Below are positions 10,790-23,969 of a stretch of DNA of 64,000 nucleotides, piece by piece; the first letter of the stretch is position 1, and each line of letters begins with the position of its first letter. The notes under the pieces are model-generated. The model was not told the DNA's origin, did not search any database, and worked only from the letters and a program-made list of their open reading frames with translations. The DNA comes from Microbotryum violaceum (Eukaryota). The stretch spans positions 2,356,001 to 2,420,000 of the forward strand of contig CDLV01000007.1 of assembly GCA_001244265.2 (NCBI GenBank), read 5' to 3'. Position numbers and translations under genes: made by a program.

Positions 10790-12199
10790 TGTGAGGACGA
10801 GCTATTGGCGCGACTGTGAGACCGTTGGAATGGATCCTAGATGGCGACTTGGGAAGCAGGAGCTCCTTTAACCGAGCGGGTGGGGGTGCGTAGACGGGCG
10901 ATACGTTGACGACCGACGCGTGGAGAGCGGTGCAATCCAAATCCACAGGATACCTCTGGGGCGGGAAAGGAGCTTCACGATCAGTTAAGAAACGGTGGAC
11001 TGATCCCCCTGACTAGGAACATACAGGGGCCCAGAGTCGAACGGAAGCGGGTTACCGGCAATCACGCGTGGAGAAGCTGTCCAACCGAGCGCGTGCGACG
11101 TGACAAAACCACGACCGACACACGACGCGACGCGTTCACTTGAAGTCGGCTAGCGAAACTGGTCACTAGTCACCGCTGCTCAGTTGACGGTCGATGTACC
11201 ACGTATGTCACTTGGTGAGGGTGGGGATAGATACAAGATCAACGGCAGCAGTGAATGTAGGCACGGCGGGCGGAGACGTAGGCATAGACTCGAGAGTCGG
11301 GACGCAGGAAAACATGGACGACAATGCGGAGGCGGCCGCGAGCGAGCGAGCGAGCGGCTGCGTGATCCATGCCTAAATTGACCACCTCGATCAATTTAAT
11401 TTACTGTACTACACCGAACAGACATCGCCAGAGCAAGCTATTTGGTATTGATGATCGACGCTTCAGCAAAAGATATCCGTGCGACTCGTGGCACACTCGC
11501 GCCTGAAGTAATAGGGGCCACTGATCGAGACTGGGACCGCGCCCGCCGCACGCGGCAGTCGTGGCACTCTGGGCAGTGTGCTGTCGGGGGTCGCACTACC
11601 GCTCGGTTTGTCTCACGGGCCTTGTCGAGTTTTCATTTTCTTCGGTGTCGAGGTCATGAGGTCCGCGCGATAACGTCCCACACTTTTGGGGCATTCAGCC
11701 GAGGTCGCCCGGGGATCACTCGATCACTACCCGCCAAAAACACGGTGAACTCAACGAGCCTGGCAGATTACCGTTCAGCTCGACCCTTGCGACATTCTAC
11801 TACACCCCGACTCTTACCCCTACCAGTCCTCGTAATAGATCGATCGGCTGGTTCAGCGACGAGCAGCGCTTGAAAGCGTCCCTTTCTCCTCTTGTGTCCC
11901 TTTTCAGTTTGGGCAAAGGTAACGCAGCACATTGGACCCTTAAAGCGGTAAGTCTGGCCGTTTGCAGGCGGTGACGGGCTGCAAGCCTAATCTACCGCCG
12001 TGTGAGCCGCGCGCCTAAGTTAAAAGTCGGGCGAGGCAAGCTCAGCATGCCGTCAGCAGCCGGCCCTTGCGAGTCGTCGCGAGTCAGAGCAGGTAGACAG
12101 TGTGAGAAGAGCACTACTGACTGACGCCCAACTGACGCCGGCCCCCCGCGGCGCGCGCCCGACCTTTCTCTTTTCGCTTTCAAGCGCCGCGAACGAACG

Positions 12200-15100
12200 A
12201 TGAGCTCTACACCGACCTGGGCCCAACGAGCTCAATCGCTGTCCTCGTCTGATCCGACCTCATCGTCCTCGTCTGCGACGAACGGTTCCTCGATGGACCA
12301 CCCTGCCTCTTCGTCGTCCGCTGCTGGTGGAGCTGCTGCATCAGCTGCTATGGCGCCCTCGTCGGGATCGCTACTGCCATTGCACGTCGCACCGATGGCC
12401 TCGTCGTCGAAAGCGTCAACGTCCGACAACTGGCGGGCAGACTCGTCTCTGCACAACACCCACCACGATACTTTACACTCCAAGGACTCGACAGCCGACC
12501 CGGACTCGAGCGCACACAACGATGACGGCTGGGTCACGCTCGAGAAAAAGGATCGTAGCTCTCGCAAGGCGACTCACACCCCTGCGATGAGCTCGACCTC
12601 GTTCTCGAGCAAAGGCGGCGCCTATTCGAAGCCGAGAACGTCGACCAAGCCTTTGAACAACTCTGCATTTTCTGCGTCGTCCATCTCGGGTCGAACCGCG
12701 AACGGGGTTGGGTCGCACGGGCGGTCTTCGTTGTCTGGCCCGCTCGCGCCCTCGCTCGCGGTCGCAGAGGCCACCAGCGCCGGTCCATCGTCGTCGCTCG
12801 CTGTCGCACCCGCCGGGTCGTCGATGGCCGCCTCCGATCCGAGCCACTCCCGGCCAGCGTCCCTGACCGTACCCACACCAGCTCTACCCGCTTCTCGACC
12901 CGTTCTGGATTGGGCCGACGACACGGACGACTCGTTACCACCACTCCCTTCGCCCACGTTCCCAACCACCGCGCTGCCTCCGACCACGACAGCTCCGTCG
13001 ACCCAAGCCTCCACCCCGGCCCTGTCCGACAGCCCTGATACCCCAGAGAATGCATCGACGGTAGCGAGCACACCCATAGATGAGCATACCATCACTTCTT
13101 CCAAAACTTTGCAGCCGCAGTCGGCGGGATTGGCATCGGAATCGGCATCGGCGCCGAGCCCGGCTCCCTTCGTACCCACGCCAGTCGTAAGGCAGCCGGC
13201 TCCCGTTCCGACCGTGAACGTCTGGGCCGTTAGGAAGGACCAACTCGCCGCCGCGGCCGCCGCTGCCAAAGCCGCTCAGCCCGTCGCACCGAATTCCGCT
13301 TCTGCACCAACAGCATCATCTTCATCCGCAGCAACAACAACTGTATCAGGTTCTGCTCAAAATCCGACCGGCACAAGTCCGGCGCCTGCATCCAAGAAAT
13401 CAGCCGCCAAGCTCGCGAAAAAGGAGGCCGCTGCGAAGGCCGCCGCCGCCGCCGCCGTTAAATCGGGCCCACGCGCACCGACATCGTCTCTGACCCCGCC
13501 GCCGCCACCTTCCGCCACCTTGAACTCCAGTCCCACTCCCGCTCCCACGGCGGCTCAGAATTCGACGTCGACCCCAATCATCAAGCGCAGCACCGAAGGA
13601 TGGAACGGAGTGCCATCCGCGCCGCTACCCGTGCCCGTCGGAGACGTCGAGTCATGGCCCTCGCCAAATACCGAAGCCGCCAAGCCCGCCGGGCCCGTGA
13701 AGAAGTATGGATCCGCAGCGAATGCATCCAACGAAGCTGAGATCGAAGAGGCGCAGAACAAGAAGAAGGGTACGTTTTCTCTGTTCTTCGCGAGCCTTTC
13801 GCAGGCGCGTCTGCCGAGGTCACGCGACGTGGCACATTCGTCAACTCCCATCAATCATGACTTTTGCTGACCCCATAGCCTTCTCCCACCTACAGCTGAA
13901 AAGACAAAGTGGATCCCCATCAAGGCCGACATCACGGTCAACCCGACATCGTCGAGTCGATTGTTCGGTGCTTCGGGCGAGAAGCGGGTACCCAAGTCGG
14001 GAACGAGCTCGAGAAGGGAATTCGGTGGAGCCGACAAGGGTGCTGAGGAGAACGGTGTCGGTGGAGCAAGTAAGCGAGCTGCTGGTGAAAAGAAGCCTAA
14101 GTCTGCACAAGCTTCTGTGGCAGCCGCTGCGGCGTCTACGCCCGCTCACGCTGGCTCGGCCAAGAATGCAAACGCGGCTTCCACATCTTCATCCAACCCC
14201 GCTTCCACCCGACCGACCGACCACCCCCTGCCTTCCAAGCCTAACTCTTCCCCATCTTCACACCTGCCCGCGCAACAGGCCGCCCCCTCCACTTCTTCTC
14301 CTTCGGCCCAACCTGCTACTTCCGCTTTCGCCACGTTGACGGTTGCTGCTGCGTCCAAGAGTGCGCCGGCTTTGAAGAACGGCGCTCAGGCTGCTACTGA
14401 AGGCGACTCTGCCTCTTCCGCGCCAAAGTCGGCACCGAATGCGACGGTTTCACCTACTTCGGCAACGGCGCCCTCGGCCAACAAGGCTTCTGCTTCTCAG
14501 TCTTCGAGCTCTGTATCGGTGGCTGTTCCTAATGCTCCCACGTCGCAAGCATCCAAGGGCCAACCCACGCCCAACGGCAACGCCCAAGCACCCTTCCAAA
14601 ACGGCACTTCGACCCACGGTCGTCACCTGGGATCGGGAACCACCGTTCGAGGTGGTCTTCATGCTTCTCGAGGAGGCCCTACCGCCCGCGGTGGTCGTAG
14701 TGGATCCATGTCGAGTCGAGGTGGTTATCAGGGATCCAACCCTCGAGGACCCGCGTCGTCGTCGTCGTTGCACCAGGCGCAACAAGCCCAGGCTGCGGCA
14801 CAGCAACCCCATGGTGCGGGCTACCTTGACCCCACTACAGCGTATTGGCACGCTCAGGCCGCCTACGGAACCGTCGCTCTCCCCGACGCTGTTGCACCCT
14901 GGGCCTACGAGCAGGCTCAGCCATACGTTGACCCGAGGGTGCTCGACCCGACACGATACTGGCTTCTGGGCCAGCTCGAGTGGTACTTTTCGGTCGACAA
15001 TCTGTGTCGCGACATGTACTTGAGATCCAAGGTGAGTTAATTTTGAGGATGATGGTATCGAATTCCGGAGCCCTGGCTGATTTTTCGTTCTGTTGCCCTC

Positions 15101-15553
15101 GCCCTCTCTCAGATGGACGCGGCCGGCTGGATCGAGATAACTATCATTGCTTCGTTCAACCGCATTAAGAACCTGACGTCCGATCGCAAGATTGTCCGCG
15201 ATACCATGATCTTGACGCCCATGCTCGAAGTCTCTGGCGAGTTCGTGCGCCTGCGTCAGCATTGGCCCGAATGGGTTCTGCCCAGTGCGATCCCGGCCCG
15301 AATCGCGCACTCGCACCACGTCCCCGGTCTCCAGATGGCGGCGGCCGTCACCGCGAGCGCGTTTGTACCCCCTTCGCCGGCGTCGAGTCTGACGAACAAG
15401 AAGAGGAGGGAGGAGAGCGAGGCTTCGTCTGAGGATGGCGGTGAAGGTACCGCCGCCACGACGATATCTTCGGGTAGTCAAGCCGAGGACGTTGCGCCCG
15501 CCGCCAAGGAAGAGACAACCGCATCTACAACACCATCGACCGTTACCGCATAG
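12200..15553 (+). CDS. La-related RNA-binding protein (LARP1/Sro9/Slf1 type, no DM15 region evident)
   Basis: La motif QLEWYFSVDNLCRDMYLRSK|MDAAGWIEITIIASFNRIKNLT. Upstream VNVW, ESWP and KWIPI motifs and an RGG-rich segment. Three coding exons. Confidence 0.85.
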
Positions 15554-16292
15554 AATTCGCGCTCCCGTCTGGTCCGTCTCGCGTCCACTTTGCTATCTGC
15601 ACCCTCACTGCAATTCCCGCTCCTTCCGGCATCTTCTCGGCCTCTCTTCGTCTCCCGGCCTCGCTTGTATCATCTCTGTGCATCACGACCCCCGACTTTG
15701 CTTCGGGCGAATCAAGTCCTCTATCGCTCTTATGTTTCACCAAGATCATCACCACCCGTCTAAAGCCAATCTCAAAACAAAAATCCGCCGCACTTCAGAT
15801 CGAGGACTACCGACTGCTGGAAGAGCTTGGACGCGCGTCTGTCGTGCTCGCTCTGGATCGCAAAAATAACCTCATATCTGCCCGACGTCGGCGTTTGATT
15901 CACGTCGCGCACAAAACTCCCCTCTTCAGTGTTAAAAATTCCATGTTCACCTCTATCCGCTCCGAGCGGCCAAGCTACATCATCATTTTTCGTTGAATCT
16001 GGGCCACCTTTTGTTCATTCACCAAGTTATTTTCAGCTTCCTGCTCCTTTCTTTGTGTTGCTCTCGCACCTCATTTTCATTTTCTTTCCTTATCTTTTTT
16101 TCTTTGTTCTTTTGTTTTGTGTGTGTGTTGCTCTCGATTGCAACCTAGGGGTTCTTCTGACTGTGTTCATTGTCATGCCTGTTCCGGGGTCCCGCGTTGA
16201 GATGAATCTGATCGAGGTCAACGCGGCCCCACTTTTGGTCTTGTGGTGCGCTTTTGACTTTGCCACCACCACCACCACCACCACAGCACACG

Positions 16293-17990
16293 ATGGCCGC
16301 TGCTTCGTCGAGCTCGATGACGGTCGACGCCGCTTCGACAGCGAGCAAGACATTTGAGCTCAACAATGACATCCAGACGGTAAGCTCATTGCTTCGGATA
16401 GCTGCAGTACTCGATGGCACAACCACATCGTAGGCTGGCACGGGCTGACCCCGCCATCACCGTCGCATGACCGTTCCATCTCCCTCATCACCTCGGACTT
16501 TGCTCCCACAGGTCGACTCGATCTTTCGCCACGACCAAGCCGAGCAGAGACGACAACTGGCCGCGCAACCATGGAAGAAGGACCCGCACTACTTCCAGCA
16601 TGTGCGCATCTCGGCCGTCGCGCTCATCAAGATGGTCAGTTCTACACACCAGTGGGGGAGTCATGTCGATCCGAGAAGCTCAGCTTTATCGTCTACGTCT
16701 ACGTTCGCTCTTTCAGGTGATGCACGCCCGGTCAGGCGGACAGTACGAGATCATGGGGTTGATGCAGGGCAAGCTCGATGGCGACACGATGGTCGTCATG
16801 GATGCGTTCGCCCTCCCCGTCGTCGGCACCGAGACCCGAGTCAATGCCCAGAACGATGCCAACGAATTCATGATTCAGTATATCGAGTCATCCTCTGCTG
16901 TGCGTTACTCGACGGATCTTTCTGGCTCCGAATGGGGCGCTCTCGGCGCTCGCAACCCCCACCCCACTCGCTGGACCGGGATACTGATCCACCCTTGACT
17001 CCCTTCTCTCAGATCGGACGACTCGAAAACATCATCGGATGGTATCACTCCCATCCTGGTTACGGGTGCTGGCTTTCCGGTATCGATGTGCAGACGCAAA
17101 AGATTCATCAAGCCTTTGAAGATCCGTTCTTGGCTGTGGTGGTAGGTTCCTCGCCGGCCTGGACAAATCCACTTGTGCTGCATGTAGGGAGGACCGAGAG
17201 CTGATCCTCGGTCATATGTCTCGTTGCATCAGATCGACCCCAACCGCACCATCTCGGCGGGTCGAGTCGAAATCGGCGCTTTCCGAACCTACCCTGACGT
17301 GAGTGGCCTCGTTCGCCCGTTCCGTACCTCGGAGCTTACAAAATAACTTCGACTCGCTTCTACAGAATTACACTCCTCCGAACGCCGCGGCTTCCGAATA
17401 TCAATCGATCCCGCTGAACAAGGTCGAAGATTTCGGTGTGCACGCCAACTCGTACTACCCGCTCGAAATCTCGCACTTCAAGTCGACGCGCGACACCGAA
17501 CTGCTCGACAAGTTGTGGAACAAGTATTGGGTCACGACGTTGATTCAATCCCCTATGGTCACCGTAAGCCCCCTTCACAACCCGTGTACTCGGCATATGC
17601 TGAGTCGATGCTGACCTTGGAAGGTGCGCGTGGATGTGATGATGATAGAACCGGGCATACACGACCGCGCAACTCGGTGATCTCGTTGAGAAACTCTCCA
17701 AGACGGATTCTTCGGTCCAACATCGCTGCGGAATCGGAGCCATGTCCCCCATCATCGCCGCCGCTCGTGCCAAATCCCGCGACTCGTCCTCCAAAGACAA
17801 GGACGGTACGGCCAAGAAGGAGGAAGAGACCCCGCTCGCTCGTGCGGTCAGGGATAGCAACAAGATGTCCGCCGAGGCGAGCCAAAACCTCATTGGGATG
17901 TTGATCAAGGATATCTTGTTCAATGGGGGGAGGTTGGCGCAACAGGGTCGAAATGACGGTCACTTGGAGCTGCCCCCTGTGACGCTTTAG
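16293..17990 (+). CDS. CSN5: COP9 signalosome subunit 5 (JAMM metalloprotease)
   Basis: [60 protein letters not shown] motif [48 protein letters not shown]. Confidence 0.95.
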
Positions 17991-18481
17991 CGAGCGCTCG
18001 TTTGGTCGTTGAGCAAGATGGCTCTCGGCGTTCTTTTTTCGTTTCTCTCTTTTTGCATCCTTTTAATGCACACCCTGTAACCCGCAATGAGCTCTTTCCA
18101 TTTTTTCGATCACAATCGACGAATTATCGGTTCTCGTATGTATGGACAGCATCAGAGCATTTCACTTGAGCATGTCCTTGGCGGACTGACTGATGTATTG
18201 GCGGTGATAGAGAGCACAGAGGTAGTCAAGAGGTTTGCAACGTCAAAGTGCACGTGACAGGGGCCACGATCGAGGATGGCGAACTTGGCTCGGCAAGACG
18301 TGCATTGGTGGACTGTACTCAATGGAGATATAATTCTTTGTTGTTCAGCGACCCGTGTCTCTCAAGCCAGAGAGTCAAAGACAGGAGCCAGTCACGCTCC
18401 GAGCTCCACACCGGAACGATGGCTCTCTGATAGCCAGACCGGCCGCTCCAAACGCACAGCGTTGCAGTACCCATCTACTAG

Positions 18482-19487
18482 CTAATTCGACCAGTTCCTC
18501 CACACTCCAAAGTTGTTCTGTATCCCTCCAGCATGCCCAACCTGGATATCTGTCTTGATCAAGGGACCCAAGGGTGCCTCGGTATAGATCTGATCGAACA
18601 GGTGCTCCACTGATGTGGACGTCAAGAGAAGAAGTTTGCTATCGGGTTTCAAGATCTGCTTGAGAGTTTTGGCCAGCTTTCGATTTGTTACCTATGGGTT
18701 CGAATTCGTTGAGAAATGAGGATGAGCTCGGAAAATCTAGGGGTTTTCATCGAAACTGAGAAAGACCGCGGGACCGACCTCGTTCAAGAATGGTGGATCA
18801 CAAATGGCGATATCGACCGTGCCTTTGATACCTTCCGGGACATATTCTGGCTCATCGATATCGTAATGCACGAATTGGTCCGCGTCGAGCAGCTCGAAGC
18901 GCTTGTCGTATTCGAGCAGCAAGGTCCGAGAAAGAGGATTCGTGTGTTGAAAGCCGACGTATGCTGTCGGACAGCACAAGAAAGCGACGCGGGTTGATGT
19001 TGAAGGGCACAAGGACCGAATATACTGGGCCAGTGTGGTCGCAAACGCTTGGGAGTACCTACGATGCCCGACGGTGGGAAGGGCGAGTTTTCGCACAGTT
19101 CTGGATGTCAGATTTGAAGGCCCCGACGCGCTTCTTGGTGGCCAAGTTCGATACCAACCAGAACTGCGACAATTGCCAATCTTCACCAAACAGTCTCCGG
19201 AACTCGTCCACAGTCATCATTAGTGCCTTGTCGGGTTCGTCCCCGCGGTCCGCACTCTCAGGCCCATACGCGTCCTCGCCGTCCTCACCGGCAGCTTGGG
19301 CGGCTTTCTTGCGCTTGTCTACGCGCTCGGACAACTCTTGAAACTGGCGATCTGCCTCGTCCTTTTCGTGAAGGAATCCAGCGAGGATGGCTAATGTGGC
19401 CGGGTCGAGTTGAGGTGGTGGTGAAGCTGAAGTGGAGCGGGACCGGGTCGACCCTTCAGCGACGTCGGCCGGGGCAGCGATGGACAT
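18482..19487 (-). CDS. EFM5: EF1A lysine methyltransferase EFM5/N6AMT2 (EEF1AKMT1) family
   Basis: EDWQLSQFW|YS, VAFLCCPTAY, LLEYDKRF, CDPPFL; three exons. Confidence 0.9.
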
Positions 19488-20299
19488 GGTGTTGTTCTTG
19501 GCGCAGAATGGCGAGTACGGTCCAAATCTAGAGCCAGAGAGCTGTCTTGAGGAAGTGGAGCAGAGCGAAGACTGTGACTGGGGAACGACTCCGAGTGCCC
19601 GGATGACGGCGGAAAAAGAGGTCCGAGCGGCTCAAGGCCTGCGAAGTAGAGCGAAGTAGATCCGCTGTCAGCCTGTGCCAGTCTGTGCCAGCCTGTGCCA
19701 TCGCGAATGTATCCCTTCCTCTGCCTGCCCACGCCTCAAACCCATCTCCGCCAACGACCGGCGCCGCTTCCCCACCTCGAACGGATCACCACAAGTTTTT
19801 GATCAGGCCTAACTGATCCGGTGATGGGCGTGCTCCGGTTCGAGCTGTGCGCCACAGCCTACAGGCGACAACTCGGCGGCCGAATCAGGCACGCGCGTTC
19901 TACGAAGTGCTCATCGTTCCGACCTTGAAGCTTGAAGTACCTTATCCTCAGCAAGGACGAAGGAAGACCCTGGCTCAACCTCCGGACTGTGGACGGCTTG
20001 CTCCGATACGGGCAAGACGATGGCACGCCTTACTTCTGCTAGAGAATGGACATTTTATCGATAACATCCCGACTTTCGTGAAGTGGGATCAAGGTGGACG
20101 GGAGGACCTTGTCCTGACCGCCGATCTCGTGTTCGAGTAGTCTGGGAAGACGTGAGCCGCTTCTCTGGACATCAACCCCCGTAATATTCTGCCTAATTCC
20201 GCTACACCTGGTAGTACCATAATTGTCTCTAGCAATGCAACCTATCCTTATTCAATCGTGCGGGTCGCCTTCGTCTTCTAGTATAGCCAAAGCGCTTCC

Positions 20300-23200
20300 T
20301 CAGGCCCTCTTCTTGATCATCTCCACCGCTCTCAACGCCTTGCTTCGACTCGATCGAGTCTGAGAATCAAAGTCACGGAATCTGTGTGCGCTTCCCCTGG
20401 ACAGCTGATGGGCTGCACTCGCAATCGACACTCTGCGGGCCCGCAAAATGTCAATCTTTTTGCTTCCCATGCTGAGATAATGACGTCTAGCATCGACACT
20501 TACGTCATCTCTTGCATCTCGCCTGCTGCATGGCGCGCAGCAGCTGTGATAGCGGGCCGGCTTCTCGAGAGAGAGGAAGTTTGCTCGTTCGTGCGGAGTT
20601 GATGCTTCCGCAGCACAATCTGTGCAGTAACGATTTGTTTGACTCAACTCAGCTCCTGACTGGGTTTGGAGTACCGTTTCAGCGTGCGGTAATTACCCTG
20701 GCAAGGTCGACCAAAACGTCTTCGCTTTGTTGTTCATCCCGCTGCATGGCTTCGGGATGTTCCCTTGGCGCTGACGCTGTTTCCACGCGAACTCGTTTGG
20801 CTGGAGGAGTCTGTCCGAATCCCGCCGGGGTACGACCTCGTGTTTGGATTCTTGAGTGTTCCCTGATCCCAGAAGTTACCCTGGCCGCATTATGGTGTCT
20901 AAAAACGAAAGCAAGCGGGGCCAATGGCGAACGACTAGCGCGGCCGTCGAGTTGGCTCGCTGCGATTGGGTCCGGTCTTGGAATTATTGTGGGAGAAGAT
21001 GCCTTTGAGCTTGTCAATAGCGAAGGGGGCGTCCGTAGATTCTTCTTGAACGGCTAGAAAGGGATCGAGATCAGTGTTCACTTTACCTTCCTTAATTCAG
21101 ATCAGATCAGTATGGAACCTACAATATTGTGGACAGGCTCCTTGACACTGGGAGACTGCCAGTGTGCGTCCCTGATGAGCTCCTTCTCTTCGAGTGGTGG
21201 AGCCTCTTCCCTGCTTTGAGCGGTCCACCTTGGTGCGGGCTGGTCCACCTTCAACGCGCCGTGAGATGTAACCTCCTGGAATAACTCTCGATCATCTTCC
21301 ATTTCCGTTCCTTGACGTTCCAGGCGAGGACCAGTATCAAAATTGGGCTCAATCCCACCAATATCCCAGTCTTCGTGTGCGGAAACTTGAAGGACGGACT
21401 CGCTCCTGTTCCTGTACTCTGGTGGAGCATTTCGCGTCCTCTCCCCGGGGGTGTCATCATCCCACGGCCTCTTCTGACGAGACGATGATTTGCGTTTAGG
21501 AGCAGGCTGTGGTGGCTTCGAATGGCGAGTCTGTTTGGGCGGTGCGACGTCTCGACGAGTTGAGGGTGTCTTTGGCCGCACCACCCTGGGTAGATCCGAA
21601 GAAGTGTCCGAATCTGCCGCTTCACCGAGTGTTTGACCATTCGCTTTCATACCTGCTCCCATCTCACGTGCCTTGCGTGGCACACGCTTCGACCCCGCCC
21701 TGTTCCCTTGTGGAGTGTACCGATCAGGCGAGGAAGTGGGGATACCGGACTTTCCACGCAGGGATGAAGCACTGTATTTGATGGGATGGAGCGACGGTTC
21801 TTCCGTACGAGGTGGTTCCTCCGCCGCTTTTCGGCGTTCTGCATTCGCCATATCTCGCCCCATGACGTCGGCCTGCTCAGCGGCTCGAGTGGTATACCGC
21901 TTGTGAGAAGGATCAGGTGAAACTCTCAGTTCAAGATAAAGATCACACATGGAAGATGATTGTCTAAACTCACTATCTTTCTCATCATCAAAACTTGCTG
22001 CAGGCGCTGTGCATCCGAAAGGTGAATGCACAGCACAAGACTTGGGCCAGCCTCATTGTGGGGGAGCTCGAGTGGCGTTGACTCCAACGTCGGCGAGTGA
22101 GACAGTATGATCCTGCAAGTCATGTGTTCTGTCCAAAGATTGCTAGGCGCCCCGTCAGCTTCTGCTCGATATCTGTGCAAAAAACTTAGCTTACCTTCTG
22201 AAAAGTCAAACAGCTCGACACTCTTGATGCCAGACAGAGGTGCTTCGATAGTTCGTTGTGCCCCGTCGTCGTCTGCAAGGTAGCTCAACACATTGGCGCT
22301 GATAGATCTTCGATTGAAAGACACGTAGTCTTGATAGTCTTCGGTGGGCTTCTCCACGTCGGTGCAGAGGAACGCGCGACCGTTGGCGTGAAATGTGACT
22401 GCAAAGATGAGTTTGAAGCTGTGAAACAGGATGGGGTGCTATAGGCATACAGTGAGTATATCACATCACAAAAATTTGATGAACTCACTTGGTGGCAGCA
22501 AATGTGCTCAGTTCCTGCAGCAAGCTCAGAGACCCCTATTCGGGCGGCGATTTGTCAGTCAAGTCAACAAGCCCAACACGCCTTAACGAGGGGGACTTTC
22601 GTACTCACCTCATCCCATTCCCTCGCTTTTATTCTATGAAACATCCCGCGCAGCTTTTGCGACTCCTCTGGTCCCCACACGTCGGAGGGGAAGAGCGCCG
22701 CTTCCCAACTCGAGACGGAGACCCCAGCCGAGGAGGGCGCTCGGGCGAGATGACTGCGCAGCCGAAAGGCCAATTCTAGGGCTCTTGAAGTTACTCCATG
22801 ATCTGAATACGACCCAATGAGTCTCAGATTGACGGGGTCGGAAACCTGAAGAGAAAAGACTTACCCTCGGCGACACTGAATAAGCCCGCTAGACGCTTCG
22901 GTCCTAGGGCCTCCGGTCGAATGAGGCGATTTTTGTTCTCCACGCAAAGGTGGGTCGAGTCTTCAAAGATGTCCAGGATAAGTCTTTGAACAGCTGAAAT
23001 CACGTGGTCTGTAGTGAGAAGTCGTGCCAGGGACGGGTAACAGAGCTTGCCGAGCAGGTCTTCGTCTAGTAAGAAACACAGATATGTGTCGGCTATCAGT
23101 CGACATCATGATTAACAGACGGCGTCAGTTTTGACTGAAACTGTCAAACGCACCAAGTGCCGTGAGAGGTTTTGCCCTTGCCTCGGTCGGATCCAGAAAG

Positions 23201-23663
23201 GCTTTTAGGCTCAGTAGAATCGACTCCATCACCAGATCCCAAGCCTGACCTAGTGCCACCTTGTCTTCCACGAATCGACGACCGGGTTCTTGATTGGAAT
23301 CTAGAAATTTCCTGATCTGGGTATTGGTATGATCGAGCAGAGCGGCGAAGAATCGGAGAGTGGAAGCGGGTCGTGCGACGAGGAGCACAATCGCACCTTC
23401 GGACGAGGGGAAGAAGGCTGCTGCCTGGGGCAGGTAGGACGCGTTATGGCGCTGTGGTGATACATGTTCGAGTCCAAAGATTATGAATGAGTCGGTGCAC
23501 TTTAGATATGATACAAGGACGAAGTGGTAAAACTGATGCTTACAAGCAAGTCACGAACCGCGCTGCGGAGTGCGGCCGTGACTCCTTTCAAGTCATCCGC
23601 ATCACCAACGTCATCCACGATCGCCTGGAGCAACTCGGTTGCAGACCCCTTTGAACGTGACAT
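20300..23663 (-). CDS. Multi-exon protein, candidate meiotic chromosome-axis core protein (Red1/Rec10/SYCP2-like)
   Basis: Exons join in frame from ATG 23663 (MSRSKGSATELLQAIVDD) to TGA 20300. Helical N-terminus, then a beta-rich segment ending in a helix, a long disordered basic/Ser-Pro region and a C-terminal helical segment. The gene model is fairly firm; the family call is an inference (see findings). Confidence 0.6.
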
Positions 23664-23969
23664 GACTGGGGGTGCGACTGTGCTCTGCGAGGCACTGAGA
23701 CGTATCCCTTGTCCGAAGAGATCGGATGGGAAGGCGGGCAAGGCGTAGGAGATATGCGACCCGGCCGCGGGCGTTCCGGGCGGCGGCACGCGCCGAAAGG
23801 AGCTGCATGATCGTGATCAAATCGGGCTCGGGTTCGATCACCGTCGAAAGCAAGATCGGGATTCTCGCGCGTTGATAGATAAACCTATATAACTCGTATA
23901 AAATGGTACTGATGAGGCTCATATCCCCCCTGTACAACATACTACCTAGCAATCCTGCTCTCGGCGAAG

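Noticed and set aside
19800-19860. GGTTCGAG resembling a tRNA T-loop
   Set aside because: Flanks do not form a T-stem or cloverleaf.
19847-20140. 97-aa + strand ORF between EFM5 and the axis-protein candidate
   Set aside because: No ATG start, no recognisable motif or splice structure; cannot be supported as a gene.
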